This document shows, piece after piece, positions 54,940-64,000 of a stretch of DNA of 64,000 nt. The stretch is from Paraspadella gotoi. Taxonomy: Eukaryota > Animalia > Chaetognatha. Within the stretch, counting starts at the first letter, position 1; every line of letters begins with the position of its first letter. The translations under genes were made by a program, and so were the position numbers. The stretch is from the NCBI GenBank assembly GCA_051294375.1, contig CM119269.1:3204026-3268025 (forward strand). The letters are read 5' to 3'. The notes under the pieces were generated by a model that worked only from the letters and a program-made list of their open reading frames with translations, ran no database searches and was not told the origin of the DNA.

Positions 54940-56408
54940 ATGTGGAAAAAATCTCAAAAAATCTCAACTTCTTTCCTCCCTATGATCTCTAACAATTCTT
55001 CCTTCTCTTCCTCGCTCATCTGCTCTTCCTCGTCGCCTTTCCGGCGTCGTTATCGGTCTCGTCGTGGGCGCGATCGAAGTGGCGCCGCGGCGGGAGTCGG
55101 TGCCTGAAGCGGCGCCGGCAGCGGCTTCGGCGGAGCTGCTTCGAAATCGCTTCCTCGGGCCTCCGCTTCTCTTCTCGATTCGGTGACGAGTCTCCGATCT
55201 TCTCCCCTCTAACGACCCTCGACGATCCTCTCCGACTCTGGTGGAATTTCTCGAGGAGCAACTGCGGAATCTTCCCCAGAAGAGGACGATGAGAGAGTTT
55301 CGCCGGAAGCTCTCCTCGGACGCGGAGGCAACGAGGAGGATGTTGGAAGCGATCATGGAGGCGGAGGCGGAGAAGATGGTGAGGAGGCGAAGGAGAGAGT
55401 GGGGGAGGAAGAGGAGGAGAGGAATCGGAGGAGAGATGAGAGAGAGAGGGAGGAGAGAGAGAGGAAGAATGAAAGGGAAATGAGGAATCGATACGGATGG
55501 AGGAAAGAGAGAAAAGGGAAAAGAAATGGAGGAAGAGAAAGAGACGAGAGAGAACGTGAGGCTGAGGAAAGAGAGGAGGCTCAGCGCCGAACGGACGCCC
55601 AGCCAAGCGGCGCCATCCGCGTCCTTTTGCGCGCGTCATTTTGGCGTCAATTGGCCGACGCTCCGTGGCGGTCATCGACCGACCCGCGACGCCAATCGGA
55701 CGACCGACGAAATCCGCTTCGAGGGGAAAGCGCAACTTGCTCACGGATCTTCTTCGACCACACATGAACGAACTGACGGCCAACGGGAACCGAAAACAGG
55801 TCGGGGGCGGCGGCGGCGGCTGAGGCAACGGCGATAAACGGAGGCGGCAGGCAGCATGAGAGGCGGCAGCGGCGGTAGAATGGCAAGCGACGTTAAAGAA
55901 TCCCAGCAATACTACGAATCTCTGATCAAAAACCATGAAGAGAATGTTGCGCGGACTGGAGATTGAGAGAGACCAGGTGAGGACGAGTCATGTGAAAAGG
56001 GAGGAAATGACATGTTGAAAAGGATGGAGCCATTTTAGACGAGAGTTTAACATATTTACGGTCCATAGTCCTAGTATCTTGGGACACAAACAGTAAAGAT
56101 GAGTTGACCATGACCAAGGTTTGAAAATTATATATGTATATAAGAAGTTTTTGTAAGTTATAACATAACTTTTTAAATTTAATCGACCATGAAAACAAGA
56201 TCGTTGAGACTGTTTGGACAATTGTCCATTTTCGCATCCTTATTTCTATGTTTAATGTTTTATATTATATATCTTCCTTTCCCAACATCTGTTTTTCAGA
56301 TGACCGGAGAGGCTCGTCGACTGACTGACGAGGCCATCTTCATGCTGAGGGGCCTTTTGTCTGGCGGTGAACTCTGCTTCGTCAACTTTGAAGAGCGGCT
56401 CCTTTTAA
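54940..56408 (+). pseudogene. Second, indel-ridden copy of the secreted precursor gene (right arm of inverted duplication)
   Basis: Reverse-complement match to 44301-45775 with the same ATG context, donor (55976) and acceptor (56300), but many 1-bp indels break the frame. The pattern suggests long-read error more than real decay. Confidence 0.55.
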
Positions 56409-57959
56409 TGAACGACTCTCAATGTCAACGGCTTCCGAGAAAACTTTTCTCTTTTCGAAAAGAAGTAGTCGACGAATGAGTGCGCGTGCGCAGCGCAAGC
56501 GCACTGCTCTATCCCAGGAAATGGCAGATTCGATTCAGAAAGTCTCCCACTCCAAAAACTGCAAGAAATATGGGTCTCAGAAGAAGAATGCGATGAATGG
56601 GGAAAATTCTATCAATTTTTTCTTTTAAATTGACTATTTAAGGGGTCGTTCATTGCTCCTGTCAATTCGCTTTTCTTTTTTTTCGTCAGGACAAAATTTT
56701 TCAGCCGCAGTTTGTTGAAACAAGCTAATGTGAGAATCTTGCTCAAAGATAACGATACTCCCTTAAAGAACGAAACGAGAAACGGATGAGAAGAAACCCA
56801 AAACGCATTTTTCTATTTTTTATTCATTTTAAAATATAACAAATTAAAATGAGCGCACTTTAATTTTGGGTTTCTTCCTGCAGAACATTATTTCTATGAA
56901 ATATCGTAGTATTTATTTTTCTAGAAATTGCTAAAATATTTATTCTTTATCAATGTGTCATAAGCGCATACGTGTTAAAGAAAAAAAATAGCGTTTTTAA
57001 AATGAAAATCGTCATAATCACTGTTGAAGTGTAAGCACAACGTGAATTAGGAATTTAAGCTCAATCATTTCTTTGATACAACTGTCGTTCTTATTTGTCA
57101 TTGTGAAAACCAGTACTTCCTAATCTTCTTTTATTTTACTTAAAGTTGTAGTAAGTAAATATACATGTGAACAACAAAGCTTTTCTAATATTAATAACAA
57201 TATATTTACAATCGATAGTATGCAGATAAATACGATAATTCGCGGTTTGTAATCAAGATTAAAGTTTAAAAAAAAAAACATTAGATAGATAACATCAAAC
57301 GAGTATTTTATTTTAATTACAAACTGATAGGAAGATTACATTTCCCTCGCCTTGAGAGTCCTTTGTTTTTTGGGTTTTTTTTGCTTGACAATTTTCTCTA
57401 ACAAGAGCGAGCTCTTGCGTGAAAATTCATGACTAAGAAGGTACATTGGTCTTTTTTTCCCAAGTAAACAATGAAATTAAAGGTCTAACATTACGAGCAT
57501 ACGTAACCCCGGGGGCGGCCTCTGTTACACTGAGAAAAAAGACTTATTATAGCTTTTCCAAAAACCTTTACGGAATTAATCTCTACAGTTATTAAACGTT
57601 TAAGAATCGCTCTGTGTTAGCTTGGGTTTGGAACTAGAATCTATGTTAACCGAAATGAAGGGTTTTAGAATGTAGACATCTACTTCACGGCAAACAGTTA
57701 GTGTTAAAAATATTTAGGGAATGATCAGCGAGACATGCTGAAATGACACCGACACTGCAAAGCAGGGAATTAACGTTATGCGCTCAACAGTCGAAAAAGT
57801 TGAGGGTGTTCGACGCCATAAAAATTAGATTAAAGAACAAAATATTAATTTAAGATTTAATAATGTAGATGGCGCAAGTTTTAATTTATCTTAGTAGGCT
57901 CACAACTCTATACAAAGCGTAATAGATTTGTGCGGAATTCCGCATTGGCAACACATCTC

Positions 57960-58200
57960 CTCTCTCTCTTCTCCTCTCTTCTTTTCCTTTCTTTTCTTTT
58001 CTTTTTATTTTATTTCTTTTCTCTTCTCGTCTCGTCTCTTTTTTTCTCTTCTCTTTTCTTTTCTTTTTTTCTCTTTTTTCTTCTCTTCTCTTCTCTTCTC
58101 TTCTCTTCTCTTCACTTCTCTTCTCTTCTCTTCTCTTCTCTTCTCTTCTCTTCTCTTCTCTTCTCTTCTCTTCTCTTCTCTTTTCTTTTCTTTTCCTCTC
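57960..58200. repeat. (CTTCT)n/pyrimidine microsatellite at the outer end of the inverted duplication
   Basis: Directly visible; starts where the inverted match ends. Confidence 0.9.
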
Positions 58201-58968
58201 TTCTCCCTTTTCCCGCACCTCTTGTCCATCCCCATTCTCCGACCACCGGAACCTCAACTGCGACAAACGCCTCTGGTAATTTCCAACTCCTGTCGCGTTT
58301 CGTGTCGCCGACGCGTAAAATCGGCGGCGTCTCCGCCACCGCCGCTTCAGCAGCTGCAGCGGAAGCCGAAGAAGAAGTGACCGGTTTTTAGGGTTAAAGA
58401 ATTGTTGTTGTTCTTTCAAATTTAACGTTTTTTTTTAAATGAAATATTCTGAGTTTTCTTACGTGGTAGATTAGTTGGTTTTTTTTTACATACTATGCGT
58501 GGATAAATGCAATTGGGACAACAATTAATTTCATCCAATAAATAAGCTCTCTTGCGTCCGACTGTGGATAGGTTGTAATTTAACTATTATTAGACTAATG
58601 TTAACTTTCGTTTGGTTTCTACCTCGAACTCTAGAATTTCCATTCGCGACGCGATGACCAAAATTCCGTTGAGGTGTGTGCGAGTCAGCGCGTAGATGCC
58701 ACGTGGGATTGTGGTAAAGGAGTCAGAGAAAACGAAGACCGGAGAATCGGGGTCTAGCGATTTGGTTGAGTTTATATGACCAGTGGAGGCTGCATACTAT
58801 GCATAGGAGGTCGAGGGAGGATGAAAATTACATAGAATAGGGTCGATAGTTGGGAAAGAGAAAAAGCGATTTCAGGCGAAGATGGATTCTGTTTACTCGT
58901 TTCGGATCTCTGCATTGAAAACGAAATTTGAAAAGTCGAGGGGAGAGGAAGGAAAGGGAGGGAGGAAA

Positions 58969-59018
<50 letters not shown>

Positions 59019-60370
59019 AGAGAGAGAAGAGAGCAGAGAAGAGAGAGAGAGAGAGTAAAGATTCTCTTTCATCTTTCTTCGTTTTTCTCTCCCCTGCCAG
59101 ATCCGCCGGCTCCGCGCCCACGCCCTCGCTCTCTCTGTCTCCATCCTCTCATGCCCCAACCTGCTTCTCGGATCCTCTCCCTTCATCTCCTCTCCTCTCT
59201 CTTCTCTCCTCTCTCTCCCTTCTTCTCTCTTGTCCCCTTCCTCTTTCCCCTTCACCTCCTCCTGCTCTCTCCTCTCCAGTCCTCTCCTCTTCCGTCTTTC
59301 TCTCTCTCCTCTTTCTAACGGCCTTTCTCGATCGGGGCCTGGTCCTCCCTCGCCGAAAGGCTACGTTCATCATTATCTTTCCTCAAGGACCGCTGGCACT
59401 GAAATATGGTGGATTATTCAAAAAATGGTTTTTGGAGAAAAAATTCTAATTAAAGAATCCTTGATGGAATATCAAGCTGAAAATCGCCCGTAGGTGGCGC
59501 CGCCTGGTGGGTTTCTTTTGGAAGGCGCGGACTCGAGCGCAGGAGGCCAGTAAAGACGAAGAATTTAAAAGCGAGAAAGAGAGAGAGAGAGAGAGAGAAA
59601 ATTGAGAGAGAGGAGAGAGAGAAGAGAGAGAGAGAGAGGAGAGAGCGAGCGGGAGAGAGGGAGAGAAGATGTATGTATATGTAGAGAGGAGAGCGAGAGG
59701 GAGAGAAGCGAAGAGGGAGAAGAATCCCTTTAACTAAAATTCGGTAACTTTTTTATGTCAGTTGAAGTTTGAAATAACGAAGCGTTTTTGGCCTACCGAA
59801 TGAGGGAAACGCTTTTTTCTTTGTTTTAATTCAAATCCGCTTTCCTCTCTCTCCTCTCTCACGTCTCCTCTCTCGTCCTCTCCTTCCTTCTCTCTCTCCC
59901 TCTCCCTCTCCTCTCTCTCTCTCTCTCTCTCAGCCTGCCTTTCTCCTCCTCCCTTTCTGTTGTATTCGGGTTGTAAACTGGTTTTTCCTTAAAAAAATTT
60001 AAATCCATTTCTTTACTTCTCCGAATTTCGCATGCAAATTTGGATCCGGAGAATTGAGCGTCGTTTTGGGTGAGAGAAGAATAAAAATCGCGTGTTTTTC
60101 CTTTCGTATTTCATTTATTTCTTTTACGGTGAGAATAACGTTGACAATTTGTTAACCATGTCCTTTTTGTGCGGTTACGCATGACATTTTAGAACACTAG
60201 AATCAATAGACATTTTAGGTTCTTGTAGTGTCACAGTTATAACTCGTTTATCACCATCAACGCCAAGCAACATTTCCATCACTAACAAGTCACCAAAGAA
60301 AAACTCACAACTCGCAAACTCCGCCGTCAATTCACAACTCAATGCCGATAAATAAATGGAACAAGATTAC

Positions 60371-62431
60371 CAATTGTAATGCCCCGCCCGCTTCTTCCTA
60401 CCCCGCCGCTTTGAAACTTGTGATTGAGCAACGTTCGTCTCGTCGTCGGCTATCAGTCGTCGTCGCGTCGCGATCGCTCGCGACGGTCGTCTTCGCTCCA
60501 GTTCACGTCTTCGTTCGTCTTCGTCTCCGGCCGACGACCGGCGGCGGCGAACCCCGACTGGGTCCGCTCGTCTCCACCATCATCGTTGTTGTTCTTCCGC
60601 TGAAACCGACTTGCGGATTTTTCCTTTTCGGTCTCGTCTTCGTCGTCGCGTCGGCGTCGCAGTTCGAGCCAGCGGCGAGACAGTCTTTGGCGGTGAACCG
60701 TTCCATCGACCTCAAGAAGAAAGAATCAAGTCGTGAAGTTTTTTTTTTCTCAAAGATGACAAAATTTACCTCTTTTCGTTCTCCCATCAAAATCTCCTAC
60801 CAATACCTTCTCCACATCCCGTCTCCTCCCCTCCCCTCTTCATTCCCTCCCCTTGTTTCTCCTCCGCTTTCACCTCGGACTCATTCCTTCTGTTCCGACT
60901 GTTGCTGTGTGCTGCGCTGTTGCTGCTGCGCAGATGACGCGCCATCAATTCCTGTGCAAGTCATCAGACCGAGGCAGATGCGCGGCGTGCTCGGTCTTCG
61001 AAAGCCGGACGACGCCGCCGAGAGGAGGGCGTTGAGGCGCCGCCGTCCCGGCGTCCGTCGCTCCCGGTTTCGAAGTCGCGCCGTCAGGCCGATCAGCGGG
61101 CGCGTGACGAGCGTGCTTGCGCCCAGAGGAAGAATAGGGCACCGGCGTCGGGCGAAGTCGTTGATCGCCGCTAGAGCCGGAGACGACGCCGGGAAATCGT
61201 TGAGAAGGGGTCTAAGGGGCGATGGTAGACCGTGAGTCCATGAGGGCGAATGATGGGCGGAGTGTAGGTGTGCAAGGGGTTCCGAGCTGGCAGAAAAAAA
61301 GTTTTCGTAAAACAAACGATAACAAACTCCGAATGAAAAAATGCCAATCCAAAGTGTCTACGCGCCGCCTTCACGCCCCCGATCCTGCCACCTAAACGCC
61401 TTCCCACGCCTCCGCCTCGCGTAGCGGCCAGAAACCGGAAACGGGCGTAATACGCACTTGGCGTGGCCTCTCCGCACCTGACCGAAGCCCGTCGGCGTCA
61501 CCAGCGCGACGCAGCCGCCGAAGGGGTTTGGAGCAGCTGGACGACGCCGCGTTGCAGAAAGACGACGCCAATCAGAGTTGGCAGAGTTTGGCGAGACGCT
61601 GGCGGCAGACGCCGGACGTCGGGCGCGTGGAGAACCCCGGAAATCGAGGATGACGCTGAAATTCGAGCGCAAGGAGGCGAGGACTGAGGATGCCCCACCG
61701 TTGAAAGAGGATTCCGAAGCTTAAATTTAAATGTGATTTAGATGATTGTCTCGATATCGTAATTAATAACTACAATTATGTATGTAAAATAACCGATGGG
61801 ATAATCGTAAAAGATTCTCACCGTCACACCCTTTACGCCGCCGTGATCGTCGTCGAAGTCGTCCGTCGAGTCGCCGTTGCCACCGTCACCCCGGATCGGA
61901 GCGGCAGAAGGCGGCGGCCGTTCCTGCGGATCGGTGCGCAGGAGCGGCGAGCGCCCGGGGTCAGAGCGGAGGAGCGACGGGAGCGTCGTGGGGCAGAGCG
62001 AAGGTTGGGTGGCGCGATAGAAGGATAATGGAAGACACTATCGGTGGAAGCGGAACTGAATCCGGTAAAGCGAATATGAATGGTGGAACGGAACTGCGAT
62101 CGGTAGAAGCGAAGATAGAAATGGGTGGAAGCGGAACTGAGATCGGTGGAAGCGTGAAATGAAATTAATGGTAGTGAATATGAGAAATCGATGGAATGAA
62201 AAGTAGATCAGTAGAAGTGGAAATTCAGATCGGTGGGAAGCGTAAATAGAAGGGCGGGGAGCGGAAATGAGATCGCGATGTGGAAAAGGACTACGGTGGA
62301 AGCGAGAGGGACGGATGAGGATTCCTAGAGCATAAAAAAAAATTGTGCAGATCAATTGTTTGTTTAATTCCATTTCATACGTAGCCGTACATACACTATA
62401 CCACGTCAACCAATATCGAAACTGTCCGACT
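60371..62431 (-). CDS. Unidentified multi-exon gene fragment (low-quality sequence)
   Basis: GC-rich blocks are bounded by minus-strand splice signals: acceptor TTTTGCAG|62431, donor 62381|GTATGA, donor 61822|GTGAGA, donor 61458|GTGCGT, acceptor TTTCTGCCAG|61286, donor 60770|GTAAAT, donor 60371|GTAATC. Translations are low-complexity S/A/P/Q-rich; no domain was recognised and the frame could not be reconstructed. Confidence 0.35.
62040..62310. repeat. Degenerate ~21-bp minisatellite (tcggtggaagcggaactgaga)
   Basis: Recurrent ggtggaagcgg/gaactg/agatc cores. Confidence 0.6.
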
Positions 62432-64000
62432 CTGCAAAAGAAACAGAGAAAGCGCAGAAAAAAGAAAAATATCTCGAGAGGACAAAGTTTCAGTTCGATT
62501 TTTTCTCTTTAATAAAAAAAAAAATCGAAGTTTATGTTTTTGCTAAAAAACATCATCGATCAAGACTTTTGCGCTCTCTTTTAATGAGAGCGCCACTGGG
62601 CGAGAGATGAGAGAGTGGGGGAAGGGAAGGGGATCATCGTTTAGGGCAAGGGAAGAGGCATGCCGTCGGTAGTACGAGTCAACAAATATCTCTTTTTGAC
62701 TAGGGAAACGGGAGGAAAATGTCAACACGAGGGTAATTGACACCCCGACCCCGAATCTACTAATTCCCTCTCTTGGTCTCGTGCGTATTTTCTCGAAACC
62801 TCAAACGGATCACTTACTGGAAAGAGAGATTTCACCCCTCTTGTCAACACTTTCAAACCCAACAGTGCCGAATTAAAACCCACCGGAAATCTTCACCTCG
62901 CAACTTCCTCCCCCAGTATCGCCCGCATAAATACCCATGGTTTAATTGCGTAAACAGGGTTCTTTTTGTTTTTTCATCCCCGTGCATTCATTTCCTCTTC
63001 TCTCTCTCTTCTCTCTCATCTCTCTCTTTCTCTCTCCTCTCGCTCTCCTCTCCCTCTCTCTCTCCATCTTCTCTCTCCTCTCTCTTCTCCTCCTCCCTCT
63101 CTCCTCATCTCTCTCTCTCCCCCCCGCGCCCCCCTCCTCGTCCGTCCTCTTCTCTCCCTCCTCTCTCTCTTCTCTCTCCCACTTTCATCTCTCACCCATC
63201 CGGGCCTTTCCTCTCTTCCTCTCTTCGAGTTGAGAATTTTCGACTTGAAGAAGAAAGGAAAAGTTCGATTTTTTATTTAAAAGCGCCCTTCTTTTAATGA
63301 GATGGAAAGTAAAAAAAAATTAATGAGTAATAAAGAAACAGTCTATGTCTCCCAGCCTCTTCTTTATCTCCCTTTCAACGCTCCTCAATTTCCTCCGCTA
63401 CTCTCGCCCCCCCCTCATGCCTGAAGGACAATCAATGAACTTCTCTGGGTGTCGCCAGAGCGCGCCACGATCGCTCTCGCCTCGCCACGCCAAAAGCTTT
63501 TTCCCCCATATTCTGTTCCCTTGTTCCGATTTGTATTGGTCAGGGACAAAATGAACAGAGGGATTTTAAGACCGAGCGTTCAGTGACTCGAAAAAAAGCG
63601 TTGGAATTCGAGGCCTTTGTATGCCCCTCGTAAACGTTCAAATGGAACTCCCTTTATCTCTATCTCTATCTCCTGTTTTATATCTCCCTCTTCGCTACGT
63701 CTGATTCTCGGTTCGTTCAATTGAAGTTAGTCCCAAGACGATGACAAAAGGGTCAGCTAACAAAGAACAATTTAAGTGAATGCGTTATACATTAACGAAA
63801 AAAAATAAAATAGAGAGAGAGAATGAGAAGAGAGAAGAGAAGAGAGGAGAAAGAGAGAGAGAAGAGAAGACGAGAGAGAGAAAGAGACGAGAAGAGAGAG
63901 AGAGAGAGAGTGCATCCTTAACCCTTTTTCTACTCCGTCAAATCGTGCCTCCTCCTGAGCGCTCATGCTAGGGCGTGTTTCGCTTCGGACTCTCTCTCTC

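Overview
Eukaryotic (invertebrate-type animal) genomic DNA from a gappy, partly error-prone draft assembly: AT-rich introns, GT-AG spliced GC-rich exons, many (AG)n/(GAC)n microsatellites and N-gaps. Main content: (1) two same-strand paralogous type II transmembrane collagens of the MACIT family (collagen XIII/XXIII/XXV, C. elegans col-99 type) at ~16.1-20.8 kb and ~38-41.9 kb. Both can be reconstructed exon by exon, with TM helix, furin site, CxC-GPP start and the [18 protein letters not shown]-terminus. Paralogue 1 has an unusually long (~348 aa) Pro-rich cytoplasmic tail, and the two share an invariant 24-aa non-collagenous motif. (2) Between them lie a frameshifted SLC35G/EamA-type transporter and a frameshifted DIRS (tyrosine-recombinase) retrotransposon. 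(3) An unrecognised secreted, acidic, dibasic-site-rich prohormone/granin-like gene with a CRE+TATA promoter sits in both arms of a ~15 kb inverted duplication that may be an assembly artefact. (4) There are further tandem duplications, Helentron-associated-like repeats, mini/microsatellites and an unidentified minus-strand gene fragment at the right end. No prokaryotic systems, CRISPR arrays, tRNA or rRNA genes were seen.
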